Source of the DNA: Amphiscolops sp. MND2022
Lineage: Eukaryota
Assembly (NCBI GenBank): GCA_964187785.1
Contig: OZ076409.1
Span: 99,264,001 to 99,328,000 of the forward strand
Reading direction: 5' to 3'
Length of the DNA stretch: 64,000 nucleotides
How positions within the stretch are numbered: position 1 is the first letter of the stretch; each line of letters starts with the position of its first letter. The position numbers and the translations under genes are program-made. The notes beneath the pieces were generated by a model. That model had not been told where the DNA came from. It worked only from the letters and a program-made list of their open reading frames with translations, and ran no database searches. This document shows positions 1 through 14,000 of this stretch, piece by piece.

Positions 1-1113
1 CAGTTTTCACAGTAAAGTTGGGCGGAGGCAAAAAATGTTTTGGAAGTTTTCTCGTAATGCAAACTTTGGAAAATACTTCTTTCGAAGCAATTCATAACAG
101 GACGACGTTTTTTTTCAAACAAACAAAATCAAAAAGTGAAGTGTGTTGAAATTCATAGCCCAAAGTGAAATAGTTTAGCTAGAATTCTTCACAGAAATGT
201 CAAATCTGATGTAAAGATCAGGTTCCTTGTCGTCTGGTTTTCAAAATCTTTCCACTGATAAGTTGTTTTTCCTCCTAGCATCGACATTGAATACAAAACA
301 GTTTGATGTAAAAAGCTAATGGTATTGAAAAAGAAAAATTGATTCGAAAAACAAACAGTTTACCCAAAGGATTCACTTTTATAGCTTCTTTTCTGGGACT
401 TTTCTGAAAATGCGAAGGGAAAAACTTGTTTTTTTTTGGGCCATTGCGTGCAAGGGAACGAAATCAAAGTACCAAAAACAAAGATTGACGTTCGATTGAC
501 GTTTTCAGACTTCGTTGGTTTGAGAAAAAAAACGAACTCAGAAATTGTATCATCTTTGAGGCATAAAAACTGCTTCGAATTGTCACTGTTGACCTATTTC
601 ACCAAATTATAAAAAACAAGGACTACAAACTCAAAGGTCTAAAAAGTCTAATTTCAAAAATTCATTTATTGTTGTTAGTTGGAAAAAAAACATCAAAGTT
701 GCTCTAAATTTGGTTCTGAAGCGAAAAAGTTCAAAGCTTGAAACATAGTACGTATAGCAAACAAGTTTTATCAAAAATAATAATGTAAATACTCAAATGA
801 AAAAAAAAGTATTTGAAAAAAAGTGTGTTTCTCAAGAAAGTATTTCTGCGACGTATACGTTAATACAGTGTTTTTTCTTGAAGCTTCAATCAATGATTCT
901 TCTGCACTGATAAGGTCAGAAAACGGGTTCTTTTTTTCATCACCGAAGATAAAAAACTGACTTCAAGATGAGGAAACAAAATTTAAAAAGATGAAATATT
1001 CGATCACCTTCAAGATGACCGGATTGATCACCAAAAAACAATCCGGTGCGGAACACTTGACCACAGAACCTGGAAAGAAAACAAGGTTCTTTTTGAAAAT
1101 CCATTTTGGAAAG

Positions 1114-2284
1114 AACAAGACGAGAACGTCTAAAGTCGGCGCTATATCTAAGGCTAAAAAAGCGCAATACATTTTTTTGGAAAAAACTTGAGATTTTCGA
1201 AAAAGTTTTCTCTTTCGGAAAATGTCGCACAGTGCCGGAAAATGTAAAAGGGGGGACTCTATTTGATTTATAAACATGCATTCTGTTGCAGAATAACAAA
1301 AAACTTAAAGGGGGATCCTTCGGGACATTAAAAAATTTTGGAAAAAAGTCGCACAGTGCCGAAAAAAATAAAAAGGTGGACCCTTTGGGCACGTCCGGTT
1401 TTGTAGGTTACGTTAAAAAAGTGAAAAATGAAAGGAGGGACCCTTTGGAGACAGAAAAAATTTCGAAAAAAAGTCGCACAGTGCCGAAAAAAAATCGAAA
1501 GGGGGGACTCTTTAGTCCCGTCCTGTTTTGTAGATTACCTTGAAAAAGTGAAAAATGAAAGGGGGGACCCTTTGCACTAAGTTTACCTTGGCCCCTTTGC
1601 CGGACTGGGCGTCTTAGGTGGTTTCAGGATTGTTTCTAAAAAGTGGACCGATCAGTGTGAGGATTGTAGTCTGAAGAAAAACAAGACGAGAACGTCTAAA
1701 GTCGGCGCCATATCTAAGGCTCAAAAAGCGTAAAACACTTTTTTGGAAAAAAATTGAAATTTTTGAAAAAATTTTTCTTTCAAAAGAAGTCGCATAGTGC
1801 CGAAAAATGTAAAAGGGGGGACCCTTCTGGATTTATTAACAAACATTCCGTTGCAAAATATCAAAAAACTCAAAGGGGGGACCCTTTGGGGACATTAAAA
1901 AATTTTCGAAAAAAAGTCGCACAGTTCCGAAAAAAATCCAAAGGGGGGACCCTTTGGACACGTCCGGTTTTGTATGTTTCCTTGAAAAAGTAAAAAATGA
2001 AAGGGGGGACCTTTTGGAGTAAAGTTTGCCTTGGGCGGACTTGGCCTCAGGTGCTCTGCGCAGAATTGTAAAAAGTGGACCGATCAGTGTGAGGATTGTA
2101 GTCTGAAGAAAAAAAAGGTCACTGCTATAGTCGGGCATTTTTCCTTAAAAGGAAAACGCGCCGACTAAAAACAGTCACTGCTATAGTCGGGCATTTTCCC
2201 TTAATGGAAAAGCGTCGACTAAAAAAAGAGGTCACTGCTATAGTCAGGCATTTTTCCTTAAAAGGATAAAGCGCCGACTAAAAA
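1114..2284 (-). mobile_element. DINE-1/HINE-like non-autonomous element, family 1 (two tandem bodies, triplicated end); many further copies across the window
   Basis: One end is AACAAGACGAGAACGTCTAAAGTCGGCGC (hairpin AGACG-4nt-CGTCT plus subterminal repeat AGTCGGCGC) at 1114 and about 1680. The other end is TAGTCGGGCATTTT...AAAAGCGCCGACTAAAAA, repeated three times at 2118-2284. The interior is degenerate GGGGACCCTTT / CACAGTGCCGAAAA repeats. Related copies at about 6090-6468, 9308-10319, 21871-22355, 25465-25876, 39172-39660, 43716-44630, 52046-52470, 53690-54489, 55365-55905, 57888-58312 and 62000-62957. Confidence 0.75.
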
Positions 2285-2867
2285 CAGAGGCAATCTCTGT
2301 TACGCCCCCACCCCCACTCCCCCCCCACTATTGGCGCGGAGCTTTTCAATTACCGTAGTTCACGCAATCGATTTGAGTTGCAGTCAGAGTTGAAATATAC
2401 TGAAGTCTGATTCGTTGTTACTGTTTATTCACTTATAATTCCCCTTGACCACATAACTGGGGATTAAATTGGCGGGGGGAGGCTTTACCAAAAAAGATCC
2501 AAAAACAATACTCGAACGCAATTGTCTTGGGAACGTTTGAGAGAAAAACTGAAAACTATACAACATTTCTGTTTAAAAATTGCTGATGAGATTATCAATT
2601 TAGATCATCGATTTATAATTTCCACTTTTAGTTTAAATTGCGATTTTTGTTCTAATGCTTGTACACTACTTTTTAGTGAAACTTTAATGGTTTTTGAGAC
2701 TCGAGCTTAGCGAGGTGCCCATTTGGTGACATTTTGGGGCTCGGTGACGTTATACTTTGCAGAATTCGTAACATCTGCCATTTTTTCGAACTCGTGAGCC
2801 AAATTTCTCAACACCCACAACAGATACGGACACCATGTTTTCGGTAAAAGTTGTAAATTTGTAGTGT

Positions 2868-5800
2868 ATCTGACAACGTGCTAACTGGGTGATTGATAAT
2901 TACGTAGTCGTGTGAGATGAGGTTGTTGATGTTCCGCAGATCCACCAAGAGGCGAAGACGTCCATTTGGTTTTCTCTGGGCAGAATAGGGCTCACCTATT
3001 TAGAGAAAGGTAAAGTTCTAATGTTTCCACAACGTTGAACTATAGCCAGTTCAACAGTTATGTAGTCCTTGAGGTTAATTGTAGTGGGGAGACGTTGGTT
3101 GTTGGCTGGTCTATCATCATTAGGCGTCAGTTTAACCGTATATTCTCTGTTAGTGCCAATATCGGAACGATGTCCGGAGAAGATATCGTGTTATTGCACC
3201 AGGATGTCTTCAATTTGTTGTTTTTCGAATGGGCTGAGGGTGGTGTCGAAATGATCAATGAATTTCGTTTTTGATTCTTCGTTGTCATTTGGGTTCAGTT
3301 GTTCGAGTTGTTTGAGTTCCATGAGTTCATCATGAATTTGTTGTTTTTTGAGTATGAATGTTTCTGCATCCCCGGGTTGTTCAGGAGTCGGGAACCGATA
3401 CGTTTTTTGTTCAGAAGACGACTGGTTTGTTTTCATCAGTTGGTAGAAATATTGGCCAGTGTTTTCCATGTGTTGATGCACCATGAACGTGAGGGTTGAT
3501 GGATCGACTAGTTTGATGTGTTCGATTTGTTCTGGGGTTAGTACTCAGAAATCTACCTTGTGTGTATCTATTGGAAGAGTGTAAGGCGTATCCGAGGAGT
3601 TGTTCACTTGATAGCCCACTGCGTTGTTAGTAACCGTACTTAGAAGAGGTAGTGAAAATGCTTTCATGTTCCTCTATATGTGAACACGGCGTAACAATTC
3701 CTGTTGCATTGTGGTCAATCAAGTGCGGCATTTTGCTAGAGATTGCAAGAGTTTCTCCAGGTTGAAGGTTGTAGGTAGTTTCTGTCAGCAAAGGTGTTGC
3801 TGCTCGGGTATTTGTTGTATGTTCGGGTCGTAAGTGCATTGACAAGTATGGGAATGTTATGATCCCTTGTCAAACTACGAAAAGAGGATTGTGTCTTTCT
3901 AAGAAGCATAAGCCAATGACTGGATTCGCTAATGTTTTCATTATAATGAAATGTTCTTGACATTGGAAGTGTCGCAGCTCAAATTCAAGGAAGACAGTTC
4001 CATTGGGGCGTTCGAGTTGACCAAATGCCACCATAATTTAGATATTTGTTGCTGGGCCAGTGTTTTTGATTGCTTCATTTGATAGAAGTTTAATTATGTT
4101 GAAGCCTGCTTCAGAAATGGCGCTGGTGAAGTCGCCTGTACCAATGAGTCCATCCACAGTGATTTTTTTGAGTTTCTTGGGAAAATCAATAGTACCTGTG
4201 GTTTTTCTTTTGAGGGTAAGATTTGTAGAAAGGGTCAAAAAAATGACGTTGTTACCTTCATCTGTCGTGAGATGATAAAACACATCATTGTCAAGAAGGG
4301 GTTGTTTCCCAGATGACGCACAGAGAGAGTTTTTGTTGATTCCGACGTTGTTTCGTTGTCAGTTTGTGTTGTTGGGGTAGGTTGTTGGTTTGGGTGTTCA
4401 GTTTGTGTTTCTTGGGGTTTCGTGGTTCTTTTTCGGTTTCTGGTTCAAACGATTGTTCTAGTAGGTCGTTTTTTGGGGCATTCCTGTATAATTCATACAG
4501 GTCCCCAGAAGGAGTGTCGGGTGTTTGAGATCGTGATCGTGTAGTCGTTGAGTCATTTTCTGGTAAAGTAGGTTTTACTGGTTTTGGGCTCAAAAGATGC
4601 TGCCAGCCAACTACTGAGTTTTGTTTTTGGGACGCTTTTGTTTGGAGGCGTGGCCTTATTTGTTTAAATCCTTCGATATGGAAAGTTTTGGGTTTCGTGG
4701 ATTATTGGGTTTATTGGATTTTTTGTACTCTTCAATGAGTTTTTGTTGGGCATCAGTTAGGGTCCACTTGGATGGACGACTTTCCATGTTTGCTCCAAAG
4801 TAACAATTGAGCTCTTCGTGACATGGGGTGAGAATTGGTGCGTCGGATCTTTGTCCATTTTCTGTCGTTTTGCAAGTTTGGGACACTATTTTGCTATGTG
4901 ACCTTCTCCCCTGGAGTATCGACATTGGTTGTTTTGGAGTGTGTTATTAGGGACTGTGTTTGGAGTTTTGGTCTTTGTTTTAGTGGTTTGTAATGGTGTT
5001 TTAGTGTTTTGAGAGCTAGATTGTTGTTTGACAACGGTTATTTGCGTTTTCACAAGGGACTCATCTGATTCGAGTCCGTTGAGCTCCATTTCTCGTTCTA
5101 GGTGGTGTCGTAAAATTTGCTCATATGTACAATTTTCGAGGTACGCTTGAATGATTGACTTCTTGAGATGGGGAGGCTTTTTTCATATATCAGACTTTCA
5201 ATCATCTGTGGTGCTGCTTCCTAACTGCGTTTTCCGCGCTCTTTTGTAGGTATTCAAGAAAGTCGGATAGTTTCTGGATTTCAGGTTAAAACATAAGCCT
5301 AATGAATCTATGTTTTGCTGAAGCGCCAGATTCAGACTTAACATATTTTCTGCGGAAGTCTACTAAGATGTCTTGAAGTGTTGTTTTGGGTGTTCGTTGT
5401 TTGTTTTTGAATGTTTTAACAATAGCCCTCTGCGATGGGTGTGGAAATGGTTGATTTTCATCTCTTCAGTGAAATGTGGCTGCATTTTAAGTGTTGTGTG
5501 GAAAAGATCTTCAAAGTACTCGAACTTCTCATTTTCTCTAGCTTACCGTTGGAGGTAAGCGCATTTTTCGAGTGGAAGATTGAAGGTTCCGGGTTTCTCC
5601 TTGCAAGCTTCTCAATTGCTTGAGCAGTTTGGTTTACAGGGTCTGATGGTTCAGGATGCTCGAGAGAGAGATGTTTTGCGTTTTGTACGTTTGTATTTGT
5701 GGTGTTTGATTGATTAGAAATGTGTTTCAAGATGATCTTGGTAGGTCCTCTCACCATGTGATAATCGGGTTCCTTACTGTTTTCGTTCATGATACTTGTA

Positions 5801-5930
5801 TCATCTGAGGTTTCATTTGCGACTCCGAAAGGATTTGATGGTTGCCTTAGTTCGTACATTTCTGAAAACTGACAGCAATTATCCTGGTTTTTGACTTTGT
5901 CGATTTCAGTATTTAGTTCGTACATCGTCT
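2868..5930 (-). mobile_element. Decayed, 3'-truncated Ty3/gypsy LTR retrotransposon (LTR remnant/PBS, gag, protease, start of RT)
   Basis: Broken minus-strand frames: gag-like NALT.NGKLEK and zinc-knuckle remnant CRYSRGEGHIAK (about 4890-4925); protease remnant ITVDGLIGTGDFTSAISEA (about 4100-4165); RT start KPNGRLRLLVDLRNINNLISHDY...HPVSTLSD (about 2870-2975). Probable LTR end/PBS junction TATCACA|TGGTGAGAGG at 5757/5756. Many stops and frameshifts. Confidence 0.8.
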
Positions 5931-8900
5931 TGTTAGTCGGCGCGGTTGTCTTTGAAGGAAAAAAACCTGACTTTTACAGTGCCAAACATCTTGTCAGATA
6001 ACAGAATGTATGCGTAGTGGACACTTTTTACAGAACTACTAAACTACTGTACCGGCAAGCGGAAACGCATCTAAGTTAGTGCAAAGGGTGCCCCTTCAAT
6101 TTTTGACGAAAGATACAAAACCAGAGGAGCCTGAAGTGCCCGGCCTTATTTTTTTTTCTCCAGAGGGTCTCCCTTCAGATTTTTTTTGATACTTCGCAAC
6201 AAACTGGCAATTGAAAATGCCCAATGGGTCTCCCCTTTTACAGATTTTGACATTTTGAGACTGTTTCAAACAATTTTGGTTCTGAAATTAGGTTTTCTCA
6301 ATATAGACCAACTAATATGTTTTTGCAATATTTAGGAAATTTTGACGTAATGGCCGTTGTAAAGCGCTATATCCGAACTTTTGACGTTGAATCCGCAGCA
6401 CTTTGCGTTTTAATAAGGAGGGTCTTTTGAGCCTTAGATATAGCGCCAATTTTAGACGTTCCCGTTACGTTTTATGTTTACACGCCGTTATGAACACTCA
6501 ATAGGAATATATGCGTGCCGTCATTGGGATCCTGCAATCGCATCAAAATTGTATGTCCGCTGGCGTGCGGCTTCGTCGCACTGGCTCCGGTCTTTGCGCC
6601 AAAACCTTGAACGCGTGGTGTCTCTGACTGCAATTCAGCTGGTTTCAAAACATGCTAGGGCCGCTTTGAGTTATTACTCCCCAATATTATAAAGTGGCCA
6701 CAAAAGAAAACATTAAAAGGAAAATTTGCGCTGTTTTTTGCTTTTTTTGGTCACGTTTCTTAATTCGGAGACATCAAGTCTCCAATCCGTGAAAATGCGT
6801 GCAATGCTTTGTAAAAACACCCTCTGGTACAGCAGATTCAGTCGATATTGGAAATAAGACTTAAGAAATTTCCAGAAAATTTTTGAAAAATATCAATTCG
6901 ATGTTTGACGTGGCACTGAGCATGTGATGCTCTTCTCGCTGTTTCAACGAAATTGGTAGGAACTTCGACAGAAAGAGCAAGATCGATAAAAAAAGAAAGG
7001 CCAGTCGCCATCACAGACACGGCAGAGACAGCAAAAAAGAGGCTCTTTTCAAAGGTGCTAACACCTTTGGATTTCTTGATTTGAGCAGTAGCGAAAACCG
7101 CAAAGTGAATCTTTTTGACTAGTTTACATACATGTGTCTGTGTTGCCCCAGCTTACGAGCTGAATCAGCTTACGAGCTGAGTGTGGACATTGCCAAATAA
7201 TTGTTACCGACGAGATTTTTGCAGTTTGTTGTGATTTTATGGCTACTTGGCATTTTTACATGTTGTTCCGGAAGTCACCATGAATGGCGAAACTTCTATG
7301 ATTTCTTCTTGGCAGCGTTTTTAAAAGCTAACTAAGCGGTGGTTCCGAAGACAAAGCGAAATGCCCGGTACTGTTAGCAATAAAAGACTGGAACAAGCTG
7401 GCGAGGGCTCCATAAGAGACGACGACCTCCTCCTCAAGGGACGGTTCTTACCACCGGAAGTAAAAAAGGCTCATGGCATGGGCGACTGTCCCGGGCACAA
7501 ACCCATGTCAAGAGTTCCTCCTACTTCATTTTAAACGGCCTTGGCTTTTCGTTACAAGGAGGCTACATTTTACGGCAACCACAGAGGGACCGGGGTCGTC
7601 TTGGAGCGCTTCCCTTGATGGTTTGAAAAAAAACCGGCTCTCTGGTGGTCGACGCCAAATACGACCTGACTCTGGTTGGAGATGTTTACGCAGAGTTTTT
7701 CCTCCATTTTTACAGTTTGATGTTTTGACAGGTATCCGGTGGCAGTTATTCTGTCCGTTTTTTAGGGGAAATTTCCGAATACCGATGGTTTATTGGTAAA
7801 AGGTATTTGTTGACAGGTATCATCTCAAATTGAAAGGTTCCCATAAGCGGGTCCTTTTTTAAGAACCGTTGTATTAGACAATAGCACGTCGCTACTGGTG
7901 TTTAACAGGTTTTTCTATCTAATTTCAGTAATTTACGTTAATGTACGAGATTTGAAATTGATGAATGCGCCAAAATCCATCCGACCGGCTGAAAAGAGGG
8001 TTCACGACTCGCCTTTCCCATTTCTGCAACAGAAGTCTTTGAAGGATGGGATTTAATGGAAAAGTAGGACAAGTGCTGACGTTGCCAACTGTTCAAACCG
8101 TTTCTCTCTGGCTGGTCTGGGTGTTAAGAAAAAAGTCGGCGAATGTACCACCCCTCATGCCCGAAGAATTGACTTTTTGGAGTATGGTATGAGAGAAAAT
8201 TTTGATTGCGTATTTTTTTCGGAAAAATCATTGGGTCATGCTATTTACAACTCAATGTCTGCTTTTGCCCCTGTTTTCAGTGAGAAAAGTGCGATTTTCA
8301 GGGCAAAATATGCAAAAACGTCGTTTTTGGGCTTTTTGACACTTTTCTTGGTACGACCGCGAGCTCTCTTGATATTAGCCACAGCGGTTGCAGAAAAGTT
8401 AGGGTAGCCCAAGACCTTGAGAAGTTTTATACAAAGTGCAAGAATAACCAGAGAAGCTGTTGGAGTTTTTTCAGACGCATTTTGTAGGAAAAAAACATAT
8501 TTTTGTGATTTTGGCAAAAAACCACTAAAAACGTCCACTGGAAGAGTACTGTAGAGTAATGCAATTGCCTCCCTCGTGCTGCTACAGATTTAGAGTTTAC
8601 TCTACGACACAGAAAAGTTTCTTTGAGCAAGTTTTTAACGTTTTCTTAGCGAGAAAAAAAATGAAACCTTGATTTTTGGCTAGTTTCAGGAGTGTCCGAG
8701 TACACCATTAAAACGTCACTCCGTCTTTTTGATAGCTAGGAGCTCAAGAGCTCTCACTTTCTGCTTATACAGTAAAAACGACGTGTGTCGGAGAAAACCG
8801 CGTCAAAAAATTCTTTTCAGTGCTAAGAAAAGTTGGAGAACGCAATGAATTACCCCATTTTGCCATCAATCCAGATTGTCACAAAAGTAGGGTCGGTTGA

Positions 8901-11058
8901 GCCTGATGTTGTTGAGCCTGATGCCTACCAAAATTGAGAGACGCTCTCTGATGTTCTCACATCAGAAAGAGTAAAAACTGCTGAAACTTCCTAAAACTAC
9001 CGGACCGACGGTGCCTCCTACCTGACGGGCACAGCTAAATGAGCCTAATTTAAATGCTACGTCTAGTGAGACAACGCATAAGCCGTATTTTGCCTGCCGT
9101 AGCATTGGAGTGACTCTCTTTTGTGAAAAAAGTGCCATAAAACACTTTTTTTTGGAACTAGTATCTGACGTGGTCGGAAACTCAACGAAGCATCCGTACT
9201 TTATCGACCATTCCACTAGCATTATGGGTGTCCACTAGCAGTGCCTATCAAACTTTGTGTCAACTGGTGCAGTTTTTGTTGAGAAATTAACGAAAACGTA
9301 CTACACAACAAGCCGGGACCGGCCCAAGTCGGCGCCCCGCTCAAGTTTCTTCAATATGCAAAGGACTCCGTTTTTAAAATTATATCACTTTTTTAGTACC
9401 GAAAAAACCCCAAAGTACACATAAGACTCGGAAACCGCAAACTTTCCTAACTGGAAGAGAAAATCTTTCTTCAGACAAAAACAATTCCATTTTTTTCGGA
9501 AGTCTCATAGAGCCGAAAAAGGAACTTTCAGCTCGAAAATCAAGCCAAAATCCGCTATGAAAGCGGGATGGTACCGTTGCACCAGATGAGAGTTTTGGAA
9601 AAGTTTTAAACCAAAAAAAACTTGAATAAACTATGATAAAGTAATGAGAATAAAACAGCTGTTCGGTTAAGTTGAAAAAGAAAAAGGTCTCAAAATACCG
9701 AAAACAATCCAAACGAGGGACCATTTGGCTTCAAATGATTTTGTATCAACTCTAAATATCCTAAAAGTAAACAATCCGGGAACGGCCCAAGTCGGCGCCA
9801 TATCTAATGCTCAAAATTGTAAAAAAGTGGGACCCTTCGGGCTTTGTGGAACTCCAGCTGGTTGCAAAATATGAAAAAATTTGAGGGGGGGACCTTTTGG
9901 GGACTAGAAAAAATTTACCAAAAAAATGTAAAAAATGAGATTTTTGAACAGTGTCACAGTGCCGAAAAATGTAAAAGGCGGGACTCTTTGGGATTTTTGA
10001 CATCTATTGTGTTGCAAAATATCGAAATAAATGAACGGGGGACCCATTGGTGCCATCCAAAAAGTTTTTAAAAAAGTCGCATTCTGCCGAAAAAAAAGTG
10101 GGGCTATGGGGGAATCCTTAGTGTGATTTTGAAATTCTAGACGTGTTTTGTTTCTTCTTTTCGTTTTGGACGCGTTTTTGAGGTTCGAGTTGTTGAGGTT
10201 CGAAGTTGTTGAGATTTGACGATGTTGAACAAATGAACAAAAAAGTGGACCTTACGCGTTAAAAAAAATACTCATTGTATGAGTCGGGCACATTTTCTAC
10301 TAAAATGCGCCGACTAAAAAGAGGTGCAAAAATGTGATTTTTTCTGTTTTTTTTAACCTGAACACCTTATTTAAGGGTGATGCCAAAGTGCCAAGTTTTC
10401 CTGCTGCGGTTTTCAGTCGCGCTTCCGTTTTGTCTCAATGACACCATCCCGAAAACGCTTGTTGATAACTGCACTGATTGCTGACCTCTGAAGTTTACCT
10501 CCTCGAGGTGGTTTTTTCGAAGAACAGCTTAGAGAGGAGAGAAGTAAGCACCACAAGGCAATTTTTAACGGGGTTTAACAAATATCATTAGTTTTGTGTA
10601 TCAAGTTTTCAGCTAGGGGGATCCGTGACTTTTTTGGAACTCTTCATGTGAACAACGCCTGTGTCGAGGTTTGCCATCCGCCCTGGAAGGCGGGAATGCT
10701 CGAATGGTGAACCACGACCCCTAAGGTTGAAAAACTTGCCAGATGACATCGCACACACAACTTTTATTGCCGCACATTCATGTACCTGTTTGTGTGATAC
10801 AACAGACACATCTTGATACCGCACATTTCTTGTTGACTGACATGTACCTGCCGCGGTGCTATATATACCCGATGCTGAACCACTTCTACCATCAATCGCA
10901 ATTGTAAATAATCAACCAAACCATGCCTGATTATAACTAATCAATCTCAATTCAGTTCCTCATTCCTACCCAACCTGTTTTAAAAGGTTTTGGGCCCAGC
11001 AGTTTCCCAGACCACGCCATCAATTTACCTGATCACAGCCTCACCAGCGCAGATCACG

Positions 11059-14000
11059 ATGACGGCACCGCGACACTCTCGACAAGAGAAACTGCTTTTT
11101 GGTGGACAAGAGGATGACTTTTCCACTTTTGTGGAGCAGTTCGAAGCAAGAGTCTATGCCCTGGGACTTTTTGACTGCCTTCTGGACAGAATCAAAACAA
11201 CACCTCAAAAAGATGAGGAAACGAATGAAGAACGTGTCAAGCGATAGGGGGAAGAAGCAGATCTAGCCAAACTCCGGTACATGGTGTGGTGCGAGCTGGT
11301 TCAGTGCCTTGACAAGGCAAGCATCGACTTCATCAGAGGGCACAAGCCGAATGGGACTGCAGCGTGGACAACATTGACGAAGCTTCACAAATCATTTGAA
11401 CGACCTCGTGTTCAATCACTGTTGACACAGCTCACTGGTCTCAAGATGACATCAGGGGAGAAGGAGACGGACTACCTCACCAAAGCAGGAGGGCTCAAAC
11501 TGGATCTGGTTGTTGCGGGGGAAGTGGTTTCAGATCCTCTTTTCACAGCGATGGTTCTCAAGGGTCTTCCAAGTGACTTCGACAGTGTGGTGGCAGTCCT
11601 CAACTTCGGCACAGCAAAGGGGTACTACGAGATGAAGTAGGATTTAGGTCAATTTCGCAGCAACCAGGGGTCTCTGTGTTTCCAGCGAGACGTCGATGAC
11701 AGCCTTTCACTCAGCCTGGAGGAAGCCTCCAAAGTGCTTCAAGTGTGGAAAGATGGGGCACCAAGCTAAGGACTGCCACAGTCAGGAGACGAGGACTTGC
11801 TTCAACTGTGGTCAGAAAGGGCATCTGGCTTCATCTTGCAGGAAGGGACATCAAAGGAGTTCAAGTGAAGGATGTGGCTCGGGTTAATTCAGCAACCATT
11901 CAGCAGCGGACTTCGTCAGCTTCAGGGCTTTCAGGACTGGTTGCTACGACAAGGGAAGCATTGAGCTTCTCATTGATTTTGGGTGCAACGGCTTCATGAT
12001 CAAGAACAAAGAGCTTTTCTCTGATCTGGACCATGGATCATGTTTTTCTGGCAGGACGTTTGCAACGCTAACAGCAGTCGTTCAGTGATCAGAGGACGCG
12101 GAACAGTTCGAAAGTACAATACAGGCCGTTCTTGTCTACTGGAACTGAGGGATGCCTTCTGGGTGCCATCCTACTCGAGGAATCTGGTGTCGGTCAATGG
12201 AATTGTTTTTCCAATTATGACAAACAGGGTCACTGGCAATGATGTCTCACTCTATCAAGCACTGGCATCGAGAGAAGGGGCACAACAACTGCACGATATG
12301 GCAAAGTTGCAGCAAGAGGTCGTCGGCATGAACATCTCTGGCTCCGAAAAGAAGACGGACTGCAACATCTGCTGCACCTAGAAGGCGAAGCGGGTATCCA
12401 TTCCGGAAACGTGGGGGCATTCGAGCGACAACAAAACTGCCTATCGTTCACACGGACGTGCTCGGACCCATTCAGCAGGAGTCCCACGAGGGTTTTTGCT
12501 ATGCAGTGGGCTTCATCAACAAATACAGCCGTTTCGGGAGAGTATACCCAATTAAGTCAAAGGATGAGGTCACCGCAAAGTTACAACGGTTGATCATCGA
12601 TGTTGGCAGGCCTGTCACCTTGGTCTCAGACGAGGCCCTCGAGTTCAAGTCAAAGCAGTTCAGTGACTTGTGCACATCCAATGGCATCAAACAGGAGTTC
12701 TCTGTTCCCTACACACCCGAAGAAAACGGCAAAATTGAGAGAGCATGGGGCACTGTGACTGGCATGACGCGATGCATGATGGCAACTGCAGGGGTCCCAA
12801 AGCAGTTCTGGCCTTTTGTTCTTTCAACTGCCATCTAACTGAAGAATCGATCAACCCACTCGGTGCATTGCAAGACCCCTTTTGAGATGTTTCACGGAAG
12901 CAAGCCTGACCTTTCACATCTTCACGTGTTTGAGTGCCAGTCGTTTGTGCTCTATGAAGTCAGGAAGAAGCTGGACAGCAAGGCACGGGAAGCTATTTTA
13001 CTGGGACACTCGGGAAATTCTAAGGCATATGTGGTGGTCTCAACAGACGGGTCAGAGACATGGGCACCAAAATTCTGAGTATCACGAAACGTCAACTTCA
13101 ACGACGATGCTTACCAACGTGGTTCTGCAGTCACTCAAGAGGAGAGCAAGGACGATGATGCATCTCAATCGGATGTTGATGATCTGAAATCGGAGTTAGA
13201 TGAACAATGCGAGGCCACATCTACGAGAACCCATGCAATTCAAGGCGAATCAAAAGATAACGTCAACCCAGATGAAGGGACACCCAATGTTATAGACAGT
13301 ACAACAGCAGTGCAGCACACGACACGCAGATGTTTGGGAAGGACTCAAAAGGCGCCTCAACACTTCGGCGACTATATGACAGGGAGAGAATTGGAGAACC
13401 TGGCACTTTACAGTGATTCTTGGATTTCGAGCGGCCTTCCGAGCAATACAGAAGACGCCCTGGTGGATCACAACTGGAAAGCAGCGATGGACAGAGAGTT
13501 CAAATTACTGAAAGAAAATGGTGTCGGTAGCTAGTCAAGCCACCATCAGGACAAGGCATCATCAGCGCAAAGTGGCATTTTGCTTACAAACTAGATGACG
13601 AAGAAAACGTGGTAATAAACAAGGCGCGATTCGTGGCAGGGGTTCACTCAGACGCCAGACATTGATTTTCACGACACCTACGCACCAACGACGTCAAAGC
13701 TGTGTACACTCAGACTGTCCTGGAATGTGGGGTGAAGATGGGTATGCATTTCAATCAGATGGACTTAAAGACAGCATATCTGAACGCACCAATTCAAGAA
13801 GAAATCTACATGGAGCAGCCAGAGGGGTACCAAAAGGGCAAACAGATGGTGTGCAAGCTTAAGCGGTCAATTTATTGACTGATGCAATCGGGGCGCAATT
13901 TGTATGAGTGTCATTCTTCTCATCTGTTTGAACTCAACTTCAAAGCATCAGTTCACGACCCTTGCTTGCTGACTCTGACGAGGAATGGTCACAAGTGCTG

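Noticed and set aside
940..2138. Many 60-150 aa K/F-rich ORFs here and in similar repeats throughout the window
   Set aside because: They are translations of A/T-run-rich interspersed repeats on both strands, with no domain signatures.
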